Positions 48,521-62,098 of a stretch of DNA of 64,000 bases are shown here, piece by piece (position 1 is the first letter of the stretch; each line of letters starts with the position of its first letter). The position numbers and the translations under genes were made by a program. Location of the stretch: NCBI GenBank assembly GCA_963663765.2, contig CAXXUA010000005.1, forward strand, positions 352,001-416,000, given 5' to 3'. The DNA comes from Candidatus Poribacteria bacterium. Lineage in GTDB: Bacteria; Poribacteria; WGA-4E; WGA-3G. A model generated the notes under the pieces. It saw nothing but the letters and a program-made list of their open reading frames with translations. It had not been told where the DNA came from and searched no databases.

Positions 48521-49390
48521 TTAGTCTGTATGGGGTCCAGGGAGGTGAACGTTTTTTAGTTCAAAGGTCTGTGTCTGAAATGTTTCTGTAGCACGGTAGC
48601 GACTGAATCTATAACGGACGACTCCGACCGATGGGGCAACCCAATAAACCGCTGGTGGACTAATCAAGCGAATTGATGAGTCCGCACTCTCACCGTAAAT
48701 AACCTCTTCGTAGACAACATAAGTACTGTAAGTGCCTGCAGGAACGGTAATTTGCATGTCTTTTTCTGCGACAAAGCGGGTGGCTGTCACTTGGGTTCCA
48801 GCAGTTTTATCAAACACAACCCATTCCTTTCCTACTTCTAATGGAAAATCCCACAGACGACGTGGTGGAAAGTGTTTCTGATGAAAAACAGGATTTTGGA
48901 TCGGAAGGAAAATGTCAAATGCGGATTCTACTAATGCTTGTGCAGTTTTGTTAAAGTATGTTGCCAAAATCGGAAACGCAAATCCATCATAAAAGTCGGT
49001 GTCTAATCGCAAGTAATAAGCGTTCGCTGCCAAATGGTCAACTGTATCAAGGCTGAGTTCTTCTGGGTCTATAGGAGCAATTTCGCTGATGGTCATTTGG
49101 CGATGGGTTGTTCCGCCGATGTCACGCGTGCCACCCACACGAACGGTGAATTCCTGATCCGTGTCAATGTTGATGTATGTCCATGCAGATCCTGTATCTG
49201 TCGGGAAGTCAATTGCCCGTAGTATTCCAGTTGTATCTGGGGATGGAATCGTGGTTTCTCCGTGCGGATCAATTAATCCCTCATCCCCGCAACTTATAAG
49301 AAACACTAACAATAACATACTCAAATAATGCAACAATGACTGGTAGATTTTTTTTTGACAACTGATGACAAATTGCTGTTGACTATTCAT
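48521..49390 (-). CDS. Hypothetical lipoprotein
   Basis: Lipobox LISC; DFP..GSAWTY, ITVPAGTY, WVAPSVGVV. Confidence 0.75.
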   Translation of the reverse strand: MNSQQQFVISCQKKIYQSLLHYLSMLLLVFLISCGDEGLIDPHGETTIPSPDTTGILRAIDFPTDTGSAWTYINIDTDQEFTVRVGGTRDIGGTTHRQMTISEIAPIDPEELSLDTVDHLAANAYYLRLDTDFYDGFAFPILATYFNKTAQALVESAFDIFLPIQNPVFHQKHFPPRRLWDFPLEVGKEWVVFDKTAGTQVTATRFVAEKDMQITVPAGTYSTYVVYEEVIYGESADSSIRLISPPAVYWVAPSVGVVRYRFSRYRATETFQTQTFELKNVHLPGPHTD

Positions 49391-51993
49391 TATTTCACCA
49401 CAGAGAATTTACCAGTACTTTGGTAACCGTTTCCATCGGTAGCACGGAAAAAATATAAGCCCGCGCAGACCTTCTCGCCATTTTGGTTTGTGCAGTCCCA
49501 TTTCGATGCGTTATCAATGACCTTAATTTTGTTTCCTAATATGTCATAAATCTCAACGGTTAAACCATTTGGATAGAAGGTAAGGTGTTGGTTTGTTTCT
49601 GCTGCACGGACCGGATTAGGTGCAACGAATATTCTACGGTTCGCGCTATTTGCCACATAGTTGAAGGTGCGTCCTTGCCAAATCTTATTTCCTGTAATAC
49701 CAGAGTCTGTCATCCCACTAATCTTATAGAGATAGATACCTGTCGTTGGAAATCCATTTGTTCGGAGGGTTCCACGCCATTTCGTGGGTGTTTCTTGTGT
49801 TAAGACAATTGCATAATTGTCTCTTTTAGGACTTTCTACTGTGAGTTGTGGTGCACTTCGCAGCGAATGTGTGCTTTGAACTTCAACGTTCCACTCACCT
49901 ATACGATGTGGTTGCGTGGTGATAAAAAAGGATGGCGCACCATTGTCTGTAGCCACACTCGGTGTGATACTTTCAGGCACAATACTCGGTGTTCCCATAA
50001 TACCTATGGCGTTAACGGGGACAACTGCGTAGTAATAATGGACATTATTTGGATCGTCAAAATCCAGATCAACATCTTGGAAAACGGTGGTATCTTCAAA
50101 CTGAATTTGCGCCACGTTAACACGTCCAACAATCGTTATATCGTCTTCAGGGATGCCGTCTCCGTTGCGATCAACAGCACCACGAACTTCATCATCGGTT
50201 TGAAAAGGTTCAGGCATGTCCGTTTCGCTTTCCAATATGTAACGTTTTCGTACGATTGCAACTTCCTGAATGTCAGTTGGGTTGTCCATAGTCCATTTGA
50301 TGATTGGACCTCTACTGCCTTGTGAAACTTGAACTTCGGACAGTGTACCTGATGGCGGTGCACCTGCAGTATAGTTGACAGACCCTCCAAAAGTGCCACC
50401 GGGAATGACAACTTGTTCTACATCGGGATGCATATTGATAAGGATTAGGGTTATCTCCTCTATGACTCCCCCAAAATCTGTAAAGGTCTTCTGTGCTTCT
50501 TGCGAACGATGATAAGTGAATGCTTCATTGATTTCTGTGAGACCATTCCGTTTCTTGACGATGAATTTTGCAGCCCATCCGCGTAACCCGGTATTGGCGT
50601 GACGTGTCAACTCTCTCTCAATATTTCCAAGATCTTCATTTGTCAACAGACTCATATCTATGGGGCCGAGGTCTGCACCATCAATTTTGATAGCGAATTC
50701 TGGCATTATCCCAGTTGGACGGAAGACTATGTACCTACAAGCAAAGTGTTCTGGCATTGATTCGGAATTGAAATCAAAACTGATTGGATATGTTGTGTGA
50801 ACATCATTCGGATGTATTGCGACAGGTGGAAATCGTTCTGCATTTACATAACCCTTGATTTCGGTAGTTGTATCGGCGCGGGTATGTGTAAAATAGTTCC
50901 ATACGGTGAAAGTCTTGAACGCTTCAGCAAGGGTTGTTCCATTATCTGTGAAAACATCGTAGAAGTTACCGAACTCCCTGAAACTGCCATCAGTCGTGTT
51001 TGTGTAAACCTGCCGAATGATGTCGTATCCAAACCTTTGTGCCATATAGAGAGACCATATCACAGAACCGTATTCATGGTCACCGATGCGGCTTTCAAGC
51101 GAAATATCTGGAATTTGAAACCAGCGACGAAGTTGATGTATGTAATAATTGTAGGAATTGGTTTCGTTGGGTTCATCAGGGTCAGGTAGGTTATCACCAT
51201 CGTCAATTACGCCACCATCGTAGGTCATCACTTCTATCCAAGTTGCGGATGCTTCCATGAACCATGTTGGCATGTAGGCGTTATAGGCGAACTGGATGCC
51301 GTGCAGGAATTCATGTGCGCAGGTTGTTTCAAGGTAACGTTTCCCTTCTGCTTTTCCAACGTAATCGTAGATGCGAGAATTTATCATGAAATAGGGTGCG
51401 ATGGTCAACGCGGTGGACAACACACGTCCCTCATACCAATCTGCCGTAGTAATACCGAGTGCGGGAAAAGTGAAAAGGTAGACATCCATTTTATGATCAC
51501 CCCCGTTCTGTGCTGCCCAGAAATCAATGTAAGGCTTTTTGAATCCCATCAGGTCAATTTGGACGTGATAAGCGCGTTCCATAGCATCCGCACAGAGATC
51601 CACATAGTCGGGGACACCGTTGCGTGGGTGAAAGTCTTCAAGTGGCGGTGCTTGCGGACCGACTCGCGTGTAATGCAGCTTGAAGTGCGGGGTGTTGAAG
51701 TGTTCTGATAATTCAATGTCACCGAAAAAACTGCCGGGTAGTCCTGGACGTAGGAAGATTGGCTTAAATTCTTGGCGGTATGTTGAGGGAAGGTTCTGCC
51801 AATTTCTTGCAAGTGTGACAAAACTGTCGGTTGCACATTCGGTTATTTCGTTTGGGGTGTATCTTGATTTGAGTTGGGTAAATCTACGAGCCGTTTCAAT
51901 CGCGTTTTGGAGTTCTTTGTCTGGTGGTAATGCATGTCCTATAGATAGAAATGTAGCAAATAATAGGATAATAGGGATGGAAGTTTTTTTCAT
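49390..51993 (-). CDS. Large secreted zinc metalloprotease (MXAN_6640-like) with FlgD/T9SS-like C-terminal domain
   Basis: Signal peptide; NGVPDYVD, AHEFLHGIQ (HExxH), WFMEASATW; C-terminal PNP..EIYDILG..WD..N.NG....GLYF. Confidence 0.8.
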   Translation of the reverse strand: MKKTSIPIILLFATFLSIGHALPPDKELQNAIETARRFTQLKSRYTPNEITECATDSFVTLARNWQNLPSTYRQEFKPIFLRPGLPGSFFGDIELSEHFNTPHFKLHYTRVGPQAPPLEDFHPRNGVPDYVDLCADAMERAYHVQIDLMGFKKPYIDFWAAQNGGDHKMDVYLFTFPALGITTADWYEGRVLSTALTIAPYFMINSRIYDYVGKAEGKRYLETTCAHEFLHGIQFAYNAYMPTWFMEASATWIEVMTYDGGVIDDGDNLPDPDEPNETNSYNYYIHQLRRWFQIPDISLESRIGDHEYGSVIWSLYMAQRFGYDIIRQVYTNTTDGSFREFGNFYDVFTDNGTTLAEAFKTFTVWNYFTHTRADTTTEIKGYVNAERFPPVAIHPNDVHTTYPISFDFNSESMPEHFACRYIVFRPTGIMPEFAIKIDGADLGPIDMSLLTNEDLGNIERELTRHANTGLRGWAAKFIVKKRNGLTEINEAFTYHRSQEAQKTFTDFGGVIEEITLILINMHPDVEQVVIPGGTFGGSVNYTAGAPPSGTLSEVQVSQGSRGPIIKWTMDNPTDIQEVAIVRKRYILESETDMPEPFQTDDEVRGAVDRNGDGIPEDDITIVGRVNVAQIQFEDTTVFQDVDLDFDDPNNVHYYYAVVPVNAIGIMGTPSIVPESITPSVATDNGAPSFFITTQPHRIGEWNVEVQSTHSLRSAPQLTVESPKRDNYAIVLTQETPTKWRGTLRTNGFPTTGIYLYKISGMTDSGITGNKIWQGRTFNYVANSANRRIFVAPNPVRAAETNQHLTFYPNGLTVEIYDILGNKIKVIDNASKWDCTNQNGEKVCAGLYFFRATDGNGYQSTGKFSVVK

Positions 51994-52107
51994 TGTTTAT
52001 GTTCTGTCAACAAGGATATTTTGTGGTTTATTGTGTATGGAATTATTATACCTATTAGATAGGAGCAAAATCAAGGAGAAAACAAGGGTTTAGGTAGGAA
52101 AATGACT

Positions 52108-52758
52108 TTAGTTCCGATTTTTTAATGCTGCCCAAGTTGTTGTTATTTTGGCTGCGGGTTCAACTGAGTGTGGTTCTGTGCCTTCAATATCACTTACATA
52201 TTCTCCTTCATAGAGACGAACATGGTCAATCCATACATCAATCGTTTGTGTTCCCATGATTATACCTGCGCGAGAATTTGCATCATCCACAGGCATTTCA
52301 AAGGTATTATAAAACTCTTGCCATTCTTCAGTTAGACTAATTGATTTTGGAGCATATACGGTCCAGGGTGCCCCTTGATGCATAATGCGGAATGTGATAT
52401 TTCTGGGTGCTTCACTTTTTGCCCACATACTATAAGTATAGGTAGTACCTTTTTCCAGTGTAAAGGGTTGTTGATAGAATTGTATATGTGGTAACGCGGT
52501 ACCTGGTTCATTGATTTTGATATAGGCAGCGTTATTCCCAGCGATTGGGTCTGCTTTCCTGCCTTCTGTGGCGAAAAGTGCCAGTGCTCCTGCATTTGCG
52601 TCAGTCCAATGATGCCATCCGTTGAGTTGTTCGTCAAAATCTCCGTTATTGAGGATGTTATCGGGGATTTCTTGTGAATATGCAAGCGTTGTGAAACTGA
52701 GCATCAATAACGACACACATAAGTATAAAACTGAAGTATCGCGTCTACTTGTGTTCAT
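52108..52758 (-). CDS. Secreted CBM4/9-type carbohydrate-binding protein with Poribacteria-type C-terminal motif
   Basis: NILNNGDFD, LEKG.TYTYS.WAKS, LTEEWQEF, VWIDHV; VEPAAKITTTWAALK. Confidence 0.8.
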   Translation of the reverse strand: MNTSRRDTSVLYLCVSLLMLSFTTLAYSQEIPDNILNNGDFDEQLNGWHHWTDANAGALALFATEGRKADPIAGNNAAYIKINEPGTALPHIQFYQQPFTLEKGTTYTYSMWAKSEAPRNITFRIMHQGAPWTVYAPKSISLTEEWQEFYNTFEMPVDDANSRAGIIMGTQTIDVWIDHVRLYEGEYVSDIEGTEPHSVEPAAKITTTWAALKNRN

Positions 52759-53254
52759 TTTCGTCTCCTTCATTACCTTCTTTTTCGTGTTCACCGTTGC
52801 CTTCTTTTTCGTGTTCGCTGTTATCGTGCTCGTCATTGCTGTGTTCACCGTTGCTGTGTTCATCAGTGCCGACTTCAGGGTGTGCTGTCCACCCATCAAA
52901 GTCTGTACTTGTTGCCTTGAGCTGTATTGGTCTTTTTTCGCCCGGTTTTAAGTCTGATGCGGGAGTCGGTCCAAGTTCTTTACCGTTTGACAAGTGGACT
53001 TCAACTCTGACCTGCTTTAAGGTTGTGTCGGTGGGGTTTTCTACTGTTCCTATAAAGGAATTGTCCTCTGAGTTGTAATTCAAAATGAGACGCGCGCCGT
53101 TTCTGACCTTATCGTAGGTTTCGTCCAGCGCAAGTTCGGTACCCGATTCTTCGTCACCGTCGTCTTTTGATTGTTCTGATGTTTGAGAACAACCGATGAT
53201 AACAACTAGCAACAAGACCGCAATTGCTGTAGAAATACTATATACATGATTCAT
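52745..53254 (-). CDS. Lipoprotein with Ig-like domain and His/Glu-rich repeat tail
   Basis: True start MNHVY at 53254; lipobox IIGC; tail ..EHSNGEHSNDEHDNSEHEKEGNGEHEKEG... Confidence 0.78.
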   Translation of the reverse strand: MNHVYSISTAIAVLLLVVIIGCSQTSEQSKDDGDEESGTELALDETYDKVRNGARLILNYNSEDNSFIGTVENPTDTTLKQVRVEVHLSNGKELGPTPASDLKPGEKRPIQLKATSTDFDGWTAHPEVGTDEHSNGEHSNDEHDNSEHEKEGNGEHEKEGNEGDENEHK

Positions 53255-53356
53255 GGGTAATCCTTCTGAAATTAATGTTCTTAAAGTTAGTTTTCTCCAA
53301 AAAAGAAATATGTTAATGTAGAATATTGTAGCACAAAAGAGACAGAACGTCAAGAG

Positions 53357-53384
53357 AAAAGGGCAGACATAGTGTCTACCCTTT
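53357..53384 (-). terminator. Intrinsic terminator after 5S
   Basis: AAAGGGTAGACAC-TAT-GTCTGCCCTTTT on the minus strand. Confidence 0.7.
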
Positions 53385-53393
53385 AGATAGGTT

Positions 53394-53511
<118 letters not shown>

Positions 53512-53569
53512 AGGTGTTTACGAATATTTGACAACTGCATAGGTGTGAGGAACGGTAGAGAAAAATATA

Positions 53570-56604
<3,035 letters not shown>

Positions 56605-56700
56605 AGGTGATATTTTTATATTCTACCGATTTACCCTCTCTATACAGTTGTCAAAGAACGCCGCCTATAGTTAAGAAATGTATCCATTTCTATAAGGCGA

Positions 56701-56773
56701 TGGAGATGAGCGGAGTTGAACCGCTGACCTACTGCGTGCAAAGCAGTTGCTCTCCCAGCTGAGCTACACCCCC
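56701..56773 (-). tRNA. tRNA-Ala(TGC), CCA not encoded
   Basis: GGGGGTGTAGCTCAGCTGGGAGAGC-AACTGCTTTGCACGCAGT-AGGTCAGCGGTTCAACTCCGCTCATCTCCA. Confidence 0.95.
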
Positions 56774-56788
56774 GTGCGTGTGGTATTT

Positions 56789-56951
56789 AGTCTACCACGA
56801 ATTCAACTTTCGTCAAATTCCATAAAAGGAATTAGTATTTTACCACAGAATTCTAACGTAAGTCAAATTTATTTTTCAAAGAAGGGGATTAGATTAACTA
56901 TATAATCCCTGAACAGATATAAAGTATACCACAATATATTGTGTATGTCAA
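56789..56951 (-). promoter_or_regulatory. Three tandem sigma70 promoters for tRNA-Ala-23S-5S
   Basis: TTGACA-17-TATACT, TTGACT-18-TAAAAT and TTGACG-16-TAGACT, each with extended -10 GTGG. Confidence 0.75.
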
Positions 56952-57215
56952 ATAAATTTCACATAAATTACTAAAATATTTGATTTTCGTGCGTAGTTTT
57001 ATAAAAACGGATGATAATGTGTCTTTGTTACATTAATATCATTTTCAGTACTACCACAATATAATTTTCAGGACTACCGCATTCCCTATGGGTTTACAAA
57101 AGGTTTCACATCCCAGAACAGGATAGCACCGTCATCAGAAGCATTCAATTGTCGATAGTGGTTTGTGCATATTCTGTATATATCAGATATACCTTACCTC
57201 AAAGTTTATATAAAC

Positions 57216-57270
57216 ATGACGAATAAAGAATCTCGCCATCTACTTGATTTGTTAGCAGAAGTTCCTCATA
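57216..57270 (+). pseudogene. ISAs1 transposase 5' remnant
   Basis: MTNKESRHLLDLLAEVP matches the N-terminus MPEKNSRHLLDRLAEIQ of the 1508 transposase. Confidence 0.6.
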
Positions 57271-57530
57271 AACAAAACCCACAATAGAATGCCTCTGTGT
57301 TAATTTCACCTTGCAATTCATCCAAATTATATACTATTATATAGTTTGTTGATGTAACATTACGTTAGTTCGGAAATAAAGTAACGTGAAATGGATGTCT
57401 GAAATAACTTGAATCATAGGTATAGATACGAAAGTGTTTTCCTATTCTTACCATATAAATCCCTTCCTTCAAATTGGGAAATCAACTGTAGCACAAACTG
57501 TTAGTTTGTGCATCTGAGGAACGCAAACTA

Positions 57531-59080
57531 CCTAGATTTTGTCCATTAACACAAGTATCTCATACTGTCCGAAAAGTGCCTTGGTAGCAGTGGTGATTTG
57601 CTGTCCGAAGGGGTATAAAGGGTTGATCCGTATGCCAACGACCTTCTTACCTCTTTCGATGCAGACTTTTCCTGGGATCACCAAGATGTCTCTCCTCAAC
57701 CGTTTCAGTCCTCGTTCTTCAAGCATCTTTGTTGCCTTTCGGTGTGCGTTTTCGGTTTTCTCCGAGGCATCTTGAGGTGTCTCAACCGCTTCTATGAACC
57801 ACTCTTTCATCCAAATCATCAAGTTGTGAGCGAGTTCAATGAGTAGAAGCAAAACTTGCTGTGCGATAAATCCTGCTTTTCGGTATTTTCGTAAAGAGAG
57901 TGCTTGATAATCCTGGCAGAATGAGTTCTCCGGCCCCCCACTGCGTAGGTCATATTCACACACAAGGTCTTCAAGCGTAGCGGTAGTGTCGGTTGAAACC
58001 AACACCGCATAACTCCAACTGCCATCTTTTTTCGGTGTTCTCACAGCGACTTGAACTGTCCGTCTTGCATACCGATGCGGCTCTCTAACCCATCCCGCTT
58101 CTCTACCCTTTACGCCTTTGGAAGTCGGAACAGGCTCCCACGCCTCCACGGTTCCTACTAACTTCTGGATGCGGCGGGTGTTATACATCTTCCCAAGCAG
58201 TTGATATCCGCGCCATAACGCATAATTGATATTGGCATCCGTGCCGAATCCAGCATCAAAGCGAATCCGAACTCGGTTCCGTTTCTCAACCGTATCAAGT
58301 GTCAAAACAGTCTCAAGTTTACCAAGCATCGGCTTGAAAACAGTATTACTGTTGGTTTTACCGGAGTATAACCCCTGCGTAAATATCTCTTGGGTGTCTC
58401 CACAGACCATCCGGGCCAACTGACGGGTATAAGTGTTCGGCTTTTTCGCAACGTAACCTTTCTCTGAACCCTCGGCACGCTTGCTAATCGGCAAGGAAGA
58501 GAGGTCTATATCCACATGTATCTCCTCTTGAGACGCCAGAGACACCTGACGCTTATGACCTTGCTGGAGACGCATCTCCGCTAAAGTCGCTTCAAGAGAA
58601 GCAACAGTCGCCTCCGTTGATGCATCTAATGTTTGCTGGATCACTGAGGCATCCGCACATCTTTCGTAACCAAACGCCGCTAACAAACCACGATCCGGGC
58701 GAACTTTGGTTTGGATTTCAGATACCGTCTCCGCTCCGGATAGTATTCCTAACACGACGAAAATTAACTTGTCTGTCGGACGATACACAACTGTTTTCTG
58801 CGGAATGCTCACGCGGTCATGGATCGGCTGAAATACCTCACGAACACGCAACACCTCTCCGAGAGCACACAACGGTGCCTGAGGCGTTACGACCCATTTT
58901 TTTACATTGTGCTTGCTCCGTTTTTTTGCTATACTTCTTTTTGCCATTGTATACCTCTAAAAGTCTAAGGCTTAAATACTTTTAGTATAACCTTTTTAGA
59001 GGTTCAATGGTATATTATTCCTACTTTCAGACACTCTAAAGCAAATAATGAAAATATGTATTCATTGGACAAAAACAAGG
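57531..59080 (-). mobile_element. IS1380-like insertion sequence inserted into a REP doublet
   Basis: Imperfect TIRs CCTAGATTTTGTCCA / TGGACAAAAACAAGG. 6-bp TSD AAACTA (57525-57530 / 59081-59086). Confidence 0.88.
57532..58947 (-). CDS. DDE transposase (IS1380-like)
   Basis: VDIDLS, KGY, RFDAGF, YDLR.G.PEN, AHNL..W, LRR..L.IPG. Stop lies within the TIR. Confidence 0.85.
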   Translation of the reverse strand: MAKRSIAKKRSKHNVKKWVVTPQAPLCALGEVLRVREVFQPIHDRVSIPQKTVVYRPTDKLIFVVLGILSGAETVSEIQTKVRPDRGLLAAFGYERCADASVIQQTLDASTEATVASLEATLAEMRLQQGHKRQVSLASQEEIHVDIDLSSLPISKRAEGSEKGYVAKKPNTYTRQLARMVCGDTQEIFTQGLYSGKTNSNTVFKPMLGKLETVLTLDTVEKRNRVRIRFDAGFGTDANINYALWRGYQLLGKMYNTRRIQKLVGTVEAWEPVPTSKGVKGREAGWVREPHRYARRTVQVAVRTPKKDGSWSYAVLVSTDTTATLEDLVCEYDLRSGGPENSFCQDYQALSLRKYRKAGFIAQQVLLLLIELAHNLMIWMKEWFIEAVETPQDASEKTENAHRKATKMLEERGLKRLRRDILVIPGKVCIERGKKVVGIRINPLYPFGQQITTATKALFGQYEILVLMDKI

Positions 59081-59282
59081 AAACTAACAGTTTGCTCTAC
59101 AAGACTTTACCGAGTTCACGTTAACATTATAATGCTTATAGTTAGCATTGTAACGACAGTATCCTTTTTCCTGCCAATTCAAATAACCCAGTAATTTGAG
59201 AATTGATACCTTCCTAATAATAATCGTGTTGACTAACGATATATAGATAAAATTATTTGAGACTACAGAACGGAATAATGCT

Positions 59283-61472
59283 ATGAATAAAACAACAAAG
59301 AAAAAACTACAGCAAATCGGAGAAAAAGTTCTTAAAGAGTCAGTTGTCCGTTTGGTATGGGAAGAAACTGATAAGGTGACAACTGAATATATAACCACAC
59401 GTGTGAGTGGATTTTTTATCCGACCAAATCTGGTGGTAACTAATCTTCACTGTGTTACTGGCGCGCAGTCTCTGACAGCTGAACTTGTAAACACAAAAAA
59501 GAAATTCTCTATAGAAGGTATCGTGGCGTATGATGTGGCAAATGACCTTGTTTTATTTAGAGTGACAGGTGAAGGAATACCACTACAACTTGGTAATAGT
59601 GATAAAGTTAAGGTTGAAGATCATGTTTTAGCAGTTGGATTTCCTAAAGGGGACACAGGAAAAATCGCTCAAGCAACTATACAGGGAAAAAAGGAAAGTG
59701 ACAAACGTATCCAGATTAAACCTGCATTTGAACCAGGACTAAGCGGTGGACCAATACTAAATGATGAAGGCTATGTAATTGGTGTGGCTGTTAGTGCTAC
59801 AATCGGTATAACAGATTTTAGTGAAGGAGTCATATCATCTATTAGTGATGCAATTCCGACAAGTGTCTTACAGGATTTTATCGATCATGTCGCTGAAGTT
59901 GAACCTATCACTGAATGGCAAAAACGCCCAGACATTCGCGGTTTTGCTGAAGGTGTACACGGACAGATGAATATGATGGATGGTAACTACATGGACGCTA
60001 TCAAGCGTTTTGATACGGCATTGAAACTCAATCCAGATTTGATTGAGATATACAATAATAGAGCCGGCATCCGACTTATTCAAGGGGAAGCTGAACTCGC
60101 TATTGCTGACTGTAACGCGGCTATCAAACGCAAACCTGACTACACTGAAGCTTATATCAATAGATCTATTGCAAACACACTATTAGAAAAACATAAGAAA
60201 GCAATTCAGGATTGTGATACAGCACAAAAACTCAATCCCAATATTGTTCAGATTTACATAAGTAGAGCAAGTGCAAAATCCGCTCTTGGACGCCACAAAG
60301 AGGCTATTAAAGACTATGATACTGCACAAAAACTCAAACCAAATTCAGCAGAAATATTTCTATTACGCGCAACTGCTAAGTGGGAGCTAAAGGATTATGC
60401 TGGTGCAATAGAGGATTTTGATGTCATTATAGATTCCTATCCTGAGTTTAGCAAAAATCACTTGGTTCAAGGGAGTAGAGCAATTGCAAAAAATCGTCAT
60501 GGAGATCATATAGGTGCAATAGAAGATTATGACTCAATTCTAACGTCTAATCCAAGAGAGCATGTAGTTTATTTTAATCGTGGTAGAATTAAATATGACT
60601 TAGGAAGGTCTTACGCAAATAAGGGAAACACAATTGAATCTCGTAAATATTATCGCCAAGCAATTGATGATTATAATGATGCAATCAAAATCAATCCAGA
60701 AGACTCATCTTATTACTACAATCGAGGTGTTACGAAACGGCAATTAAACGACTTCCGTGAAGCACTCAGAGACTTAAATCTTGCAATACTACTGAATCCT
60801 GAAGATTATCGTGCTTTTTTTCAGCGCGGTCTTGTAAAACGCAACCTTGGTAAAACTAAAGCAGATCATGGAGATACAGAAGGGGCATCAACGCTATATC
60901 AAGAAGCAGTTGATGATTATTCAGAAGCAATGAGATTAGACTCAAAACAAGCCAACTCTACTACTTACAACAATCGCGGGTATGCAAAGTACCAAAAAAG
61001 CAAAATCAAAGACAACGATAAGAATAGATCAGAAAAACAGGAACTATTACAGCAAGCGATTAGTGATTATACCGAAGCAATTAAGCTAAACCCAAAGTAC
61101 TCGTTAGGTTATTTAAATAGAGGAAAAGCTAACTATCTTTTGGGAAAGAATGAGTCTGAATATGGAAATATTGAACAAGCAAATAATCGTTTTCAAGCAG
61201 TAATTGTTGATATGAATGAATTCATTCGTTTAAGAAAAGCCAAACCGAATCCTGATGCTTTCTACTACAGAGGTCTTGCAATGGCCGCACTTCATCAATT
61301 TGAGAATGCAATTTCAGATTTCAATGAAACAATTCAAAAAAGTCCTAAACATGCTTTGGCATATTACAATCGTGGTCTTGTCAAACAAGGTATTGAAGAA
61401 CATGAGAATGCTATGATCGACTTCACAAAAGCAAAGGAATTAAATCCAGATGTTGAAAATAAGTTGATATGA
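59283..61472 (+). CDS. Trypsin-like serine protease with multiple TPR repeats
   Basis: Triad TNLHC / NDLVL / GLSGGP, followed by more than ten YxNRG...AIxDYxxAI TPR repeats. Confidence 0.9.
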   Translation: MNKTTKKKLQQIGEKVLKESVVRLVWEETDKVTTEYITTRVSGFFIRPNLVVTNLHCVTGAQSLTAELVNTKKKFSIEGIVAYDVANDLVLFRVTGEGIPLQLGNSDKVKVEDHVLAVGFPKGDTGKIAQATIQGKKESDKRIQIKPAFEPGLSGGPILNDEGYVIGVAVSATIGITDFSEGVISSISDAIPTSVLQDFIDHVAEVEPITEWQKRPDIRGFAEGVHGQMNMMDGNYMDAIKRFDTALKLNPDLIEIYNNRAGIRLIQGEAELAIADCNAAIKRKPDYTEAYINRSIANTLLEKHKKAIQDCDTAQKLNPNIVQIYISRASAKSALGRHKEAIKDYDTAQKLKPNSAEIFLLRATAKWELKDYAGAIEDFDVIIDSYPEFSKNHLVQGSRAIAKNRHGDHIGAIEDYDSILTSNPREHVVYFNRGRIKYDLGRSYANKGNTIESRKYYRQAIDDYNDAIKINPEDSSYYYNRGVTKRQLNDFREALRDLNLAILLNPEDYRAFFQRGLVKRNLGKTKADHGDTEGASTLYQEAVDDYSEAMRLDSKQANSTTYNNRGYAKYQKSKIKDNDKNRSEKQELLQQAISDYTEAIKLNPKYSLGYLNRGKANYLLGKNESEYGNIEQANNRFQAVIVDMNEFIRLRKAKPNPDAFYYRGLAMAALHQFENAISDFNETIQKSPKHALAYYNRGLVKQGIEEHENAMIDFTKAKELNPDVENKLI

Positions 61473-62012
61473 TCTTTGACTTCCTCCAATGATGTGTTGT
61501 GTTTTTAGCATGACGTACTCAGTGCTTTAAACGTATTCAGTGAATCTGAAAATATAACTTTCAGTTGTCACCAATCAACCATCTGATAACTGGCAGTCAA
61601 AAGCCGATAACCAATCCCTCCAAATCCAGTGGATATCTATTGGAAATCCAAATAAACAATCACACATAAAACTACAAACACCATCAGAAATCAATTATGA
61701 TATATTCAAAATAAAAACGCACAACAAAAACAATATGAAAAGCCGACAGACAAACACAAAAAGCACAAATTAAAAAACGATAAAAAATCCATTTGGTTGT
61801 TTTTTTAAAATTCTGCAAAAACAGAAAACCACCATAAACCGATACCACGACATAATCGAGAAGACTTATGAAAAAATTTGAAAAAACAACTAAAATTGTC
61901 TTGATTGAAATTTTGTTCACAACCAGATGCATTCAGTTGTAGATTAATTATACACACTAACTTACGATTCATTTGTAATCAGAGAATCACTCTGTGTGAC
62001 AACTTAAGAAAA

Positions 62013-62041
62013 TTGACTTAGGAAGTTTGTTGTGGTATAAT
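62013..62041 (+). promoter_or_regulatory. Sigma70 promoter of argS
   Basis: TTGACT-17-(TGTGG)TATAAT. Confidence 0.7.
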
Positions 62042-62098
62042 TCGGTGACTTAAACAATTTGCTATCTGTAAAAAAACAAGAAATGTAGTAAGGTTAAT

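Noticed and set aside
52759-52899. N-terminal extension of ORF 52108..52899
   Set aside because: It is an alternate frame of the upstream lipoprotein's repeat tail; the signal peptide follows Met at 52758.
61684-61932. 82-aa hydrophobic ORF
   Set aside because: It arises from A-rich low-complexity sequence on the opposite strand; no supporting signals.
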